Below, piece after piece: positions 18,346 through 28,148 of a stretch of 49,460 nt of DNA. Made by a program: the position numbers and the translations under genes. The notes beneath the pieces are model-generated. The model was given only the letters and a program-made list of their open reading frames with translations. It was not told where the DNA came from and searched no databases. Source of the stretch: an uncultured Spirochaetota bacterium (GTDB lineage: Bacteria; Spirochaetota; UBA4802; UBA5550); assembly GCA_963827275.1 (NCBI GenBank), contig CAWHAA010000003.1, positions 1 through 49,460 on the forward strand, given 5' to 3'. The number at the start of each line of letters is the position of its first letter. Position 1 is the stretch's first letter.

Positions 18346-19813
18346 ATGATACAAAAACAGATTATCGATGAGCTCTGCCGGGACCATGCCGGGGAAACCT
18401 CGGAGGCGGCGCTGCAGGCCTGTGCGGTATTCAATCCGCTGATCGAGGGCTGGAAGAAGCCGGTGTGCGTGCTGAAGCCGAAAGACGCGCCGGCGCTCCA
18501 GGGCGTCATTCGCACGGCAGTAAAGGAAACGTTCGGGCTGGTGCCGGTTTCATCGGGCGGGCCGCATGTCAGGGGCGGGACGGCGTGCGCCGTGGAGCAT
18601 GTGGTTGCGGACCTCTCCGGCTGGAAAAAAATTCCCTGGGTCAACCGGCGCAACCGGGTCTGTATTATCGAGCCGGGCGTCACCTACGGGGAGTTGAACC
18701 GGTTCCTGAAAGGGCACGGGATGACCCTGCCGACGCCGCTGGCGCCGCGGAGCGACGAAGAGCGTGCTCGCCGCCGTCGTTGACCGCGAGCCGCACCTGT
18801 GGCCGAAGACGCACTGGGACATGCAGGACCCGGTGGCCAGCACGGAGTTTATCTACGGAACCGGCGAGTTGTTCAGGAGCGGCGCGGCCGGGGGCCCGGG
18901 CACACTGGAAGAGCAGCGGAAGTCCGGCGGCGCCCAGAAAATGCCGATGGGGCCCGGCCAGTCCGATTTCCAGCGGATACTGATCGGCGCGCAGGGGTCC
19001 ATGGGCGTGATGACATGGATCAGCCTCCGGACGGAGCTCCTGCCCTCGATCGAGCGGCCCATGGTTGTCGCGAGCGACCTGCTGGAGCGGGTCACGGGAT
19101 ACGTGTACCAGGCGCAGCGGCCCTGGCTGGGCGAGCACTCCTTCGTGCTGAACCGGACCGCCGCCGCGATGCTGATGACGCACGGCAGCCCCGCGTCCTT
19201 CGACAGGGTGCGCGGCTCCCTCCCGGAATATATCTGCCTGCAGAACATAGCGGGATTCGACAGGCTTCCAAAAGAGAGGCTTGAATATCAGTACGACGAG
19301 CTGAAGGACATCGCGGGCGCGCACGGGTGCGCCTTCGCGGATTCTGCGGGCGAGGTTGAGGCGGCCGCCCTGCTTGAGGCGGCGCGCACTCCTGTTGAAA
19401 CGGCGGACTGGCGGCATGCCTCCAGGGGCCATTGCCTGTCTCTCTTCTTCCTCTCGCTCCTCAACAGGGCGGAAGAGTATATTGATATCGTCCGCGCAAC
19501 GTCCGGTCAGCTCGGCATCCCGCCCGAGAGGATCGGTACATACCTTCAGCCAATCGTGCAGAACCATGCCTGCCACATGGAGTTCATGGTGCCGTATGAT
19601 CCAGGGGACGCGAAAGAAGTCGCGACGATGAAGAAGCTTGAAGCTGACCTGACGGGGCGGCTCATGTCGGCCCGGGCCTTTTTCAGCAGGCCCTACGGCA
19701 CCGCCGCCCGGACGGTTTTCGAAAACAATCCCGGTAACACCGGGCTTGTCCGTGTTATAAAAGAGCTGTTCGACCCGGCGCGCGTGCTGAGCCCGGGCCG
19801 GTTTTCACTGTAG
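18346..19813 (+). CDS. FAD-binding oxidoreductase (VAO/FAD_binding_4 family), split by one frameshift near 18754
   Basis: 'VADLSGWKKI..IIEPGVTYGEL' then 'GAQGSMGVMTW', 'IKELFDPARVLSPG'; removing one base gives PRSTKSVLAAVVDREP. Confidence 0.85.
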
Positions 19814-19868
19814 AGCGGCCCCGGCAGGACCGGGGAGAGAAAATAACGTGCGCACATGGGGGATCGCG

Positions 19869-21599
19869 ATGCTGACATCCGATGAACGCAAAGAGCTGTG
19901 CGATATAGTCGGTCCGGAGTGGGTGCGGGACGATGCCTGCACGCGGGACGCCTATTCCATCTACTACAATTCCTCCTCGCTGAACAAGGAGGACAAGCTC
20001 TGGACGCCGCGCCCGGCTGCGGTTATCATGCCGAAGACGCCGCAGGAGATCGCGGCGCTCACGAAGTTCTGCAACAGCAGGGACTTCATGCTCAAGCCTT
20101 TCTCCACCGGGTGGATAACCTCCAGCGCGCCCGGGAGCAGGAAAACCATACTTCTCGATCTCAAGCGCATGGACAAAATCATCGACATCGACGTAAAGAA
20201 CCAGATCGCGATCGTGGAGCCCTACGTCAGGGCGATAGATCTCCAGAGCGAGCTGTGGAAGGTCGGGCTGAACGTGCACGCCGTGTCGTGCGGCGGCAAC
20301 CACTCGGTCCTGGCCTCCACTGCGGCGGCGTGGGGATACGGCATCACCGGCGCCTCGATGGGGTTCCAGGCGCGTAACATGCTGGGCGTGGAATGGGTGA
20401 TGCCCTCCGGCGAGATCGTGACCCTGGGCAGCGGCGGCGACGGGGCGGAGTGGTTCTGCGCCGACGGACCGGGACCGGGAGTGCGGGGGATCATGAGGGG
20501 GTTCCAGGGGACCTTCGGCGGCCTGGGCACCTTCACCAAGGTCGCTGTGAAGCTGTACCGGTGGGACTCCGACCCGGAGTACGAGGTGCACGGCGGCTCT
20601 CCCAAATACGTACTGAACCGTGAGCTGCCGAACCTGGGCATCTTCCTCCTCACGTTTCCCGGCAGGAAGGAGATCACCGATGCCGGGTACAAGCTGGGAG
20701 AGGCCGAGTGCAACTACGCCGACTTCCGCATGCCGGCCTTCTTCGTCGCCCTGGGTTTCACCGACAACAACCTGGAGCTGAAGAAGGTCTGGTCCAGCGG
20801 CATCTTCCAGAAGCTCGCCCCGTACATGCTCACCGTGTGCGTGCACGGCCACTCGAAGCGCGAATTCGAATGGAAGGTGAAGGCCCTCAGGCAAATCGTC
20901 AAAGAGTGCGGGGGGCTGATATTTCCGATGATGCAGATACCGATACCGGTATTCAGCCTGGCCGCGCCCCTGTTCAAACTGATGAAGAACCCGGTAAAAA
21001 CCTTCAAGAAGATCCCCTTCATACAGAAGATCATGGACTCGGTGCCAGTGAGCGAAGAACAGCGGCTCAGGCTCCTGACCACCGCGTTCTTCATTCTGAT
21101 ACGCCACGCCAACAACACGCAGGGCGGGTTCCGCGCGTCGTCGGGCATGTTCACCTCCGTCGGCGCGTTCGATACCTGGGACATGGGCTTTGAGCAGGCG
21201 GAGTACATTGCCGGGGTCAAGCGGCCCGCTATCGACAAGGGCCTCATCCTCGACGACGGCGGCGACCTTGGTTGCGGCGGCACCTTCGATTCGGGCCACC
21301 TCGGGTACATCGAGGGGATCGGGGAGTACTCCACGAACAATCCAGATTCGAGGAAGGCGACCAAGGAGATCGTCGCGGAATCCCTGAAGGGCACCATCGA
21401 GCGGGCCCTGGGAGTCCCGATCGCGGCATTCGGCGGCGCGATGAACAAGGTGTTCGGGCCGCATTGCTACAATTATCACGAGATGATTTTCAAGATAAAA
21501 GAGAAGCTGGATCCCAACTCTTCCTATGATTCGTGGACTTATAGCGGGCCATCGGAAAAGGCCTTTCCCGATGAAAAAGAGGATTATACCTTTTTTTAA
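19869..21599 (+). CDS. FAD-binding oxidoreductase (VAO/FAD_binding_4 family)
   Basis: 'RPAAVIMPKTPQEI', 'LDLKRMDKIIDID', 'LGVEWVMPSGE', 'GTFGGLGTFTK', 'IKEKLDPN'. Confidence 0.9.
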   Translation: MLTSDERKELCDIVGPEWVRDDACTRDAYSIYYNSSSLNKEDKLWTPRPAAVIMPKTPQEIAALTKFCNSRDFMLKPFSTGWITSSAPGSRKTILLDLKRMDKIIDIDVKNQIAIVEPYVRAIDLQSELWKVGLNVHAVSCGGNHSVLASTAAAWGYGITGASMGFQARNMLGVEWVMPSGEIVTLGSGGDGAEWFCADGPGPGVRGIMRGFQGTFGGLGTFTKVAVKLYRWDSDPEYEVHGGSPKYVLNRELPNLGIFLLTFPGRKEITDAGYKLGEAECNYADFRMPAFFVALGFTDNNLELKKVWSSGIFQKLAPYMLTVCVHGHSKREFEWKVKALRQIVKECGGLIFPMMQIPIPVFSLAAPLFKLMKNPVKTFKKIPFIQKIMDSVPVSEEQRLRLLTTAFFILIRHANNTQGGFRASSGMFTSVGAFDTWDMGFEQAEYIAGVKRPAIDKGLILDDGGDLGCGGTFDSGHLGYIEGIGEYSTNNPDSRKATKEIVAESLKGTIERALGVPIAAFGGAMNKVFGPHCYNYHEMIFKIKEKLDPNSSYDSWTYSGPSEKAFPDEKEDYTFF

Positions 21600-21642
21600 A
21601 AGCGGTAGGCCGTATAAAAAAAGAAGTGAGAGGTGCACGGCA

Positions 21643-22725
21643 ATGAGCGACAGGATAAACCCTCTGGTGAAGGAAGGATGGACCGGGCCGGGCAGTCGCG
21701 ACGGGAAGATACTGCCGCTGGCGCTGTCGGATGACGCGCTCCACATAGATCCGGCCGGCAGGGGGATGTATGAGTGGTGGTATTTCGACGCGCACCTGGA
21801 CACCGGCCACACGATCGTGGTGTTCTTTCATGCGGCCAACCCCAACCCGGGCATGGCGGGCAAGTCAGGCATGGAGATAGTCCTGATCAGGCCGGACGGC
21901 CGAAAGACGCAGGTGTTCGTGCCGTACCCGAAGAGCGAGTTCGCCGCGTCGCGCGAGACGCCAGATGTCAGGATCGGAGGAAATTACATGCGGGTGACGA
22001 AGCAGGACAACGGGCTTCCGGTGTACGAGATATGCGTGACCGAAAAGGACCTGGGTTGCCGCCTCACCTACCGGGCCCTGGTGAACGGGTGGAAGCCCGG
22101 GAGCGGCTTTTCCCATTTCGGGAAGATGGGTTATTTCGCATGGGTGGTCCCCTTCGCGCGCGCGGCCGTGTCCGGCAGCGTCACCGACGGCGGCAGCACC
22201 CTGCCGGTAACGGGCGTCGGATACCATGACCACAATTGGCTGAACTTCCAGTTCCCGAGGATTATCAACTACTGGATGTGGGGCAGGATTTATTCGGAGA
22301 ATTTTACCGTGTCCTACGCCTATATCCGGTGCAACAGAAAAATGGACGACCACGCGGTGAAGGTCCTGATGCTGGCGCAGGGAGAGAAGGTGGTGCTCAG
22401 CACCGGCGAGTTTGATTTCATTACGGAGGAGTTCGAGTATAACGCGGGAGCGAAACACCGCTTCCCCCGGAGCGTGACAATCCGGGTACCGGGCGAGGTC
22501 GAGGTGCGGCTTGCCGCGAAAGAGATACTGGAAGCGGTGGACATGCTCAACAATTTCAGCCCGGTCCTCAGGTTCGTCGCGAAGAACATAATACGGCTCA
22601 AGCCGGGATACTTCAGGCTAGCGTCTGATTTTACTATAACGGTGACGGGTGGCGGGAAGACCGTATCAGAGACGGGACGGACCCTGCACGAGATCGTCAT
22701 GTTCAAGCCGGTCGTGCAGGGATAA
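21643..22725 (+). CDS. Lipocalin-like double beta-barrel protein (CrtC/AttH/tocopherol cyclase-like)
   Basis: 'YEWWYFDAHLD', 'GVGYHDHNW', 'WMWGR'; GAGG RBS before ATG 21643. Confidence 0.8.
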   Translation: MSDRINPLVKEGWTGPGSRDGKILPLALSDDALHIDPAGRGMYEWWYFDAHLDTGHTIVVFFHAANPNPGMAGKSGMEIVLIRPDGRKTQVFVPYPKSEFAASRETPDVRIGGNYMRVTKQDNGLPVYEICVTEKDLGCRLTYRALVNGWKPGSGFSHFGKMGYFAWVVPFARAAVSGSVTDGGSTLPVTGVGYHDHNWLNFQFPRIINYWMWGRIYSENFTVSYAYIRCNRKMDDHAVKVLMLAQGEKVVLSTGEFDFITEEFEYNAGAKHRFPRSVTIRVPGEVEVRLAAKEILEAVDMLNNFSPVLRFVAKNIIRLKPGYFRLASDFTITVTGGGKTVSETGRTLHEIVMFKPVVQG

Positions 22726-22750
22726 GCTGGTTTTTCCCTATTGGAGAGAT

Positions 22751-22778
22751 TGTCATTCCCGCTTCCGCGGGGATGACA
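22751..22778. repeat. REP-like palindrome
   Basis: tgtcattcccgc-ttcc-gcggggatgaca, intergenic. Confidence 0.5.
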
Positions 22779-22847
22779 GGAAAATGATGAAGGAAACATA
22801 AATTGTAATAAATCTATCAGAGTAATATCTGAAAAAAGGGGGGATTT

Positions 22848-24159
22848 ATGAAAGCTTATTTTTCACTTATCGCGCTGTGTCTTTTCTTGATCGCACCGTC
22901 GGCCGCCCTTTTCGCGGGAAGCGTCGAGGAGAACACCAACCAGAGCGCCGAATACATGAAGACGCTTAACCGCCAGGCCTCGACCGACGCGGACGCCACT
23001 TTCTATAATCCGGCGGGCACCGCGTTCATGGACGACGGGGCCTACCTGTACCTGAGCGCACAGTCCATCATTATACCGATAGCCATCTACGGGCACAGCC
23101 TCACCCGGAGCGTGTACCGGGGGGACAAGACCTCCTACTGCATGCCTGACCTGCACTTCGTGTACAACAAGCACAACGCCGGCGGCGGCTCCGGCAACCT
23201 CGCCTGGTCCATGGGCGTCATGGCCATCGGCGGCGGAGGGTTCGGGAGCTACAAGAACGGCCTCTCCTACATCGACAATACCCTCTTTCTATTGAAGGGA
23301 GCACTCAATGGCCTGTTCACGTCGCTGGGTATCCCCTATACGCTCGGGACATTCATGACATCGTCTTTCAAGGGCTCGTCGGCGTACTATTCCGCCATGA
23401 CCAGCCTGGCCTATTCGTTCCTCGGCGACCGTATGGCCGTGTCCCTGGGGTACCGGTTCATGTACGGGAACAATTACGTATGACGCGAAGCTCTACAGCG
23501 ACGGCATCATGATCCCCCTGGGCGGAGACTTCCACGCGCGCCAGGACGGCATGGCGCACGGGGTAATCGTCGGCATCAGCGCGAAGCCCGTGGACGCGGT
23601 GACGATCGGCTTCAAGTTCGAGTACAACTCCCCCCTGAACCTGAAAACCAAGGCGAGCGGCTACTACATCGTGGGGTTGGTTGACTCGTCCATGAGAGAC
23701 GGCGGCGTGGCCCACCGCCAGCTTCCTATGAACGCGAACATCGGGCTTGCCTACCGGGTCAGCGGGCTGCAGCTGGCCTGGTCGTTCAGCTATTACGCGA
23801 ACCGCCTGGCGCAGTGGAACGGTAAGGAGCGGAGCTTCCGCGACGGCTTCGAGGCGGGCATGGGCCTTGACTACACCTTCGGCGCCGTGCCGCTCAATAT
23901 CGGGTGCGGGTACATGTTCACCACGGCCGGGACCCGCCCCAGCGGGCAGAGCCAGATAGCGGAAATGCCGGACGGCCACACCATGGGCGTCGGCCTCACT
24001 TATACATTTGATAAAAAAATAAAATTAACGGGCGCGTTCGGCTTTATCTACTGGATGCCGGTGGACGTCAACAAGGGTACGCCGTTGAGAATGTTCCCCG
24101 CAATGTTCCACAAGCTGGGTTATAACATCGCCCTGGGCGCTGAATTCAAGGTGATATAA
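22848..24159 (+). CDS. OmpP1/FadL-family outer-membrane hydrophobic-substrate channel, frameshifted near 23469
   Basis: Signal peptide; hatch motif 'NQSAEY..RQASTDADATFYNPAG'; beta-barrel halves in ORFs 22848-23483 and 23509-24159 join if one A is removed. Confidence 0.8.
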
Positions 24160-24270
24160 GTGCCGGTGGCCATCACGTTGACTTTTTTCAATCCTGACGG
24201 CATTGCGAAGCCCGGCGCGGCCTCAGCGAGAAGGTAAGGGACCTGCCAATTTTCAGGCTGCACGTTCCCA

Positions 24271-24442
24271 TGGCGCTCGCTCCCGGCGAACCTGCAGTTC
24301 CAGCGCTTCTTCCTCCAGCCGGGCGCCTATGTCCTTACCCTTGAGTCCGTGGGCAGGTACGGCCGGGTGCTCCGGGTCGAGAAAGACCGGGTCAGGATCA
24401 TGGCCGGGAAAAGGTCATTCAAGAGTTTCCGCACGCTCTACT
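24271..24442 (+). repeat. 172-bp direct repeat, copy 2 (orphan 3' end of the COG3014 gene, followed by its own TGA)
   Basis: 169/172 identical to 15963-16134; offset 8308 bp. Confidence 0.97.
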
Positions 24443-24465
24443 GAGCCGGCCCGTCCGCGTACCCG

Positions 24466-24495
24466 AAAAAAACATCCCGCCATGAACGGCGGGAT
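24466..24495 (-). terminator. Intrinsic terminator downstream of htpX
   Basis: atcccgcc-N6-ggcgggat then GTTTTTTT on the minus strand. Confidence 0.65.
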
Positions 24496-24646
24496 ATCTC
24501 AAGACCCGGGTGCGCTATATGAAAAGCCTGATTCCCCCTGTTATTTGGCAACACGGCAATTACTGTCCCCATGCTTCTCCGATCATGCCGTACTACATGA
24601 GAGAAGCACGGGGCATTGAATTGATCATGTGATTTTTTTTCCCTCG

Positions 24647-25528
24647 TTACCGCTGCATGCTCCTGAGCCTGGCGATGCGGGCCTCCAGGGACGGGTGCGT
24701 CGAGAACAGGGAGACCCTCTTGGACGAGCTGATCTTCGCCATGGCGAAGGAGTCCTTCTTTCCGGGCGCTTTCACCGCCTCCTTGCAGGCGCTCCAGCGC
24801 GGAGGCCATGGCCGCCGGTGAGGTGATGCGCGCAGAGCCCGCGTCCGCGCGGTACTCCCTGAAGCGCGAAAACGCCGCGAGCGGGATGGAGGCCAGGAGC
24901 ATGAGCACGGTCTCCAGCAGCATCACGGTCATGATGTAGCCGAAATATCCCAGGCCGCCATCATCGTCGTCGCTCAGGAAACTGTTCAGCGCCTGGGCGA
25001 TGATCCGCGCCAGGAACATGACCAGGGCGTTGGCCACGCCGGTCAGCAGGGTCATGGTGACCATGTCGCCGTTCGCAATGTGGCTCATCTCGTGCGCGGC
25101 GACCGCCTCGACCTCGGTTTGGTCCATTGACAGAGCAGGCCCGGTGGAGAAGGCGACCAGCGATTTTTTCTTCGACGGCCCGGTGGCGAAGGCATTGGGC
25201 TCGGCGGAGTTGTACACGCCGACCTCCGGCACTGCCGGGAGCCCGGCCTTCTTCGAAAGTCGGGCCACCATGTCATATATCTCGCGGGCGCGGTAGTCCT
25301 GCGCCGTCCCGTCGATGAGCTGTATGCCGTAGGCCCTTTTGGCCATCCAGCGGCTTATCGAGAGCGATATGAACGCGCCGGTCATGCCGAACACGCCGCT
25401 GAAGATCGCGATCCCCCACGCGCCCTGGAGCCGAATCCCAGGAGCGGAAGCAGTATATTCAGTATGAGGCTCACCGTGAGGACCACGAGAATATTGGTGA
25501 GCAGAAAGAGTCCGATTCTTTTAAACAT
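24647..25528 (-). CDS. htpX: Zinc metalloprotease HtpX (several indels in this sequence)
   Basis: MFKRIGLFLLTN start after AGGAG; 'PNAFATG', HEMSH, 'NGDMVTMTL', 'FSRFREYRAD', C-terminal LFSTHP. Confidence 0.9.
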
Positions 25529-25675
25529 GAAAATTCTCCTTGTTCGATCTGTATCGTATACAGACGGATATGGTTTTCATACAAGATAATTATTTTACGG
25601 CAATTCGACAAGCTCTTTAGGTTGCGGAAGCGCAATTATTTTTTTAGTGTTCGAGATTACCGAACTGCCGGACGG

Positions 25676-26122
25676 TCACGAAGATTTCCGCAGCCGCCGC
25701 CGTAAGATCTCCGCCGCCTTCCGGAACCCGGCCCGCTCCTCGTCGCCGGGCTTTTCGTTTCCCGGGTATTTTCCGCAGATGTACGAGAAGAGCTCCTTGT
25801 GCTCGGAGAGCTCCTTTTTCTCGCCGGAAGCTTTAAGCAGCGAGTCCGCGGCGTGGTAGCGGACAAGATAATCGTCGTCCTGTACCGCCTCGAAGATGGC
25901 CGCTTCCATCTCCGGGGTGATGAACTCGGGCACGGGCCGCCTGTCGCCGGCCGCGCCGAGCGCTATTTTCAGGTTCACGAGCGCGTCGATGCGGTCGCCC
26001 CAGTGCAGGCCCGCGTTCGATGACGATGGCGCGCAGCACCTCGACCGCCTCCGCGCTCCTGCCCACGGCCAGGAGATTGCGCTGCGCCGAATGTCTCTGA
26101 GGTCAAGCTTCAACTCACTCAT
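25676..26122 (-). CDS. HEAT-repeat-like hypothetical protein (probable compensating frameshifts near 26020-26070)
   Basis: 'EAVQDDDYLVRYHAADSL'; the alternative frame gives 'AEAVEVLRAIV'. Confidence 0.55.
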   Translation of the reverse strand: MSELKLDLRDIRRSAISWPWAGARRRSRCCAPSSSNAGLHWGDRIDALVNLKIALGAAGDRRPVPEFITPEMEAAIFEAVQDDDYLVRYHAADSLLKASGEKKELSEHKELFSYICGKYPGNEKPGDEERAGFRKAAEILRRRLRKSS

Positions 26123-26191
26123 GGGCGCATCGTATCATGAGCCGGGCCGACCGTCAAGAGTTTCATTCACCGTGCCGACGGTGCGCCTGCT

Positions 26192-26608
26192 TCATCTCAG
26201 GGTCCGGCCTGACGATATCCAGGACTTGATGCCGCCCCGAAGCTCGAATACCTTCATGAACCCGAGCTCGCCCATCATCGTAAGCGCGCGGCCGCTCCGG
26301 TTCCCGCTCCGGCAGTACATCAAGTAGGTCCTGTTTTTGTCAAGAGCTGCCAGGTTGCCCCTGAACGAGGGCGAGTGGAAGTCGAGAAGCATCGCGTTCG
26401 GGATGTGGCCGTTCCGGTACTCGCCCGGGGTGCGGATGTCAAGGATCACGAACTTCCTGTTGCCGGCGTTGGCACGTATCAGCTCCTGAGCCTCTTCCGG
26501 ATTGCCCTGCCGGATCTCGGCCCCGGCGGCGGTCACCCGCCCGGCCCCGGTGAAGAGCATGGTTGCGGCCCCGAGGATAGATGCGTATGTATATAATTTG
26601 TTTTTCAT
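26192..26608 (-). CDS. Exported rhodanese-like domain protein
   Basis: 'ILDIRTPGEYRNGHIPNA', 'YCRSGNRS', 'LRGGIKSW'; signal peptide. Confidence 0.92.
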   Translation of the reverse strand: MKNKLYTYASILGAATMLFTGAGRVTAAGAEIRQGNPEEAQELIRANAGNRKFVILDIRTPGEYRNGHIPNAMLLDFHSPSFRGNLAALDKNRTYLMYCRSGNRSGRALTMMGELGFMKVFELRGGIKSWISSGRTLR

Positions 26609-26769
26609 GGTATTTACCTGAAAATTAAGATTGTACTAATATACTGAAATACCGGGAGGAAGTCAATATATATGCCGGTCGATTCATGCGAAAAAGTCCT
26701 TGCGCCAAACCATGTCCTTCCGCCACCCTGTTACCGGATGGTAATGATGGCTATTCCATTGAATTGTAA

Positions 26770-28041
26770 ATGGTTTCGTTTGTAATGCACCTGAAAATAA
26801 TCGTCTATTATATAACAGCGCTTTTCTGCTTTGAATGCTGCATTACCGTCTACCGTCTCAACCCGAAGGCCTCTGCCAACCGTCTCTATGCAGCGGGCGC
26901 TTTTCTGTATGCCGTATTTTCCCTGGCTTACGTGCAGATACTCGTTTCGCCGGACGCCGCCGCATGCCGGGCATGGTACCTGTTATATGCCCCTCTCTAT
27001 TTTATCGTGGTAGTCGTTATAATACATTTTCTCATGGAGCTCACCCGGTATCGCGGTCTGGCGGGAAACCCGCTGTTTCTGGCGCTGCTGTACGGCAGCG
27101 GGGCGTGTATCATAGCGGGGGTAACGTACTATGCCCCTGTTGTGAAAAGTTTTTACAAAACCCCCTGGGGATGGAGTATTTTCTACGATCTGTCATCTCC
27201 CTGGACCTGGTTCGTGTTTAACTATTCCTCCCTGGTCCTTGTGTCCGGCATTGCGGCGCTCGCGAGTTGGCGGAGAAATGCCCCCACGGATAAAACCAGG
27301 AAACAGGCGGGGATGATACTGGCGGCCGCATCCGCAACCGCCGTCCTGTCGCTGGCCCAGAATGCCCTCACGCTGCTGCTGCCCGCCGAGGTGGCCATGC
27401 GCGTCGGCGACGCCTACCACCAGGCGGTCTCGATATTTTTCATCGGCACCATGAGGCTCGCAATCTGGAAATACAAGCTCATGGCCATGGTGCCGGCAAG
27501 CCCCGCATCCGAGCTTTTCAACGGTATCAGCAACGCGGTTTTTCTGGCCGACGGATGCGGCGATGTGGTTTTTATGAACGAACGTGCCCGGGATATCGTC
27601 TTCCGCGATGCCGGATGTCGCGGTAAGCTATCCCTGCCCGCACTGTTCAGGGAGAGTGAATCTTTTAAAAATTCTTTCAGTAAGATACTTACCGGCACAT
27701 CGCCGGCCCGCTCCGTAACGCTCAGCCTGCTGCACGGTAGACAGGTTCGCATCGTAGAGCTGTTCATGCACTCGCTGATAAATGAAATCGGCACCTGCGC
27801 GGGCGTCCTCGTAATCGCCCGCGAGCAGACGGGGCTCGGAGAACTGCAGATGCAGGCGGGACTCACGAACCGCGAGCTCGAGGTACTGCTCCTGCTCGGC
27901 GGGGGCCTTTCTTCTGGCGAAATAGCGGACGAGTGCGGCATAGCCCTGCAGACTGCGAAAAGCCATATTCACAACATCTACCACAAGACAGGGCTCAATA
28001 ACCGCGTGGAATTGACGAATCTCCTGAACAAACATTCCTGA
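26770..28041 (+). CDS. Membrane-anchored LuxR regulator (7TM sensor + PAS-like + HTH)
   Basis: About 7 TM helices; 'NAVFLADGCGDVVFMNERA'; 'LTNRELEVL..TAKSHIHNIYHKTG'. Confidence 0.85.
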   Translation: MVSFVMHLKIIVYYITALFCFECCITVYRLNPKASANRLYAAGAFLYAVFSLAYVQILVSPDAAACRAWYLLYAPLYFIVVVVIIHFLMELTRYRGLAGNPLFLALLYGSGACIIAGVTYYAPVVKSFYKTPWGWSIFYDLSSPWTWFVFNYSSLVLVSGIAALASWRRNAPTDKTRKQAGMILAAASATAVLSLAQNALTLLLPAEVAMRVGDAYHQAVSIFFIGTMRLAIWKYKLMAMVPASPASELFNGISNAVFLADGCGDVVFMNERARDIVFRDAGCRGKLSLPALFRESESFKNSFSKILTGTSPARSVTLSLLHGRQVRIVELFMHSLINEIGTCAGVLVIAREQTGLGELQMQAGLTNRELEVLLLLGGGLSSGEIADECGIALQTAKSHIHNIYHKTGLNNRVELTNLLNKHS

Positions 28042-28148
28042 TTGTTTATTGATTTTCCACTTACTCAATCGTTCGATGGATATTCTAAACGGTCTTTTAA
28101 TTGTATACTTTATATAAAATTCATCATCACGTTTCAGGGAGGAATACG

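Noticed and set aside
19755..21812. Long antisense or alternate-frame ORFs (for example 685 aa at 19755-21812, 506 aa at 30774-32294, 332 aa at 39949-40947)
   Set aside because: They shadow well-supported genes and show no motifs; expected in GC-rich DNA.
15963..24444. Diversity-generating retroelement (TR/VR pair) as the explanation for the 172-bp repeat at a gene's 3' end
   Set aside because: No reverse transcriptase or Avd gene in the window. There are only three mismatches, one is T/C, and the adenines are in the coding copy rather than the would-be template.
24203..24619. 138-aa ORF spanning repeat copy 2
   Set aside because: An off-frame reading of the duplicated COG3014 tail with no RBS and an implausible composition.
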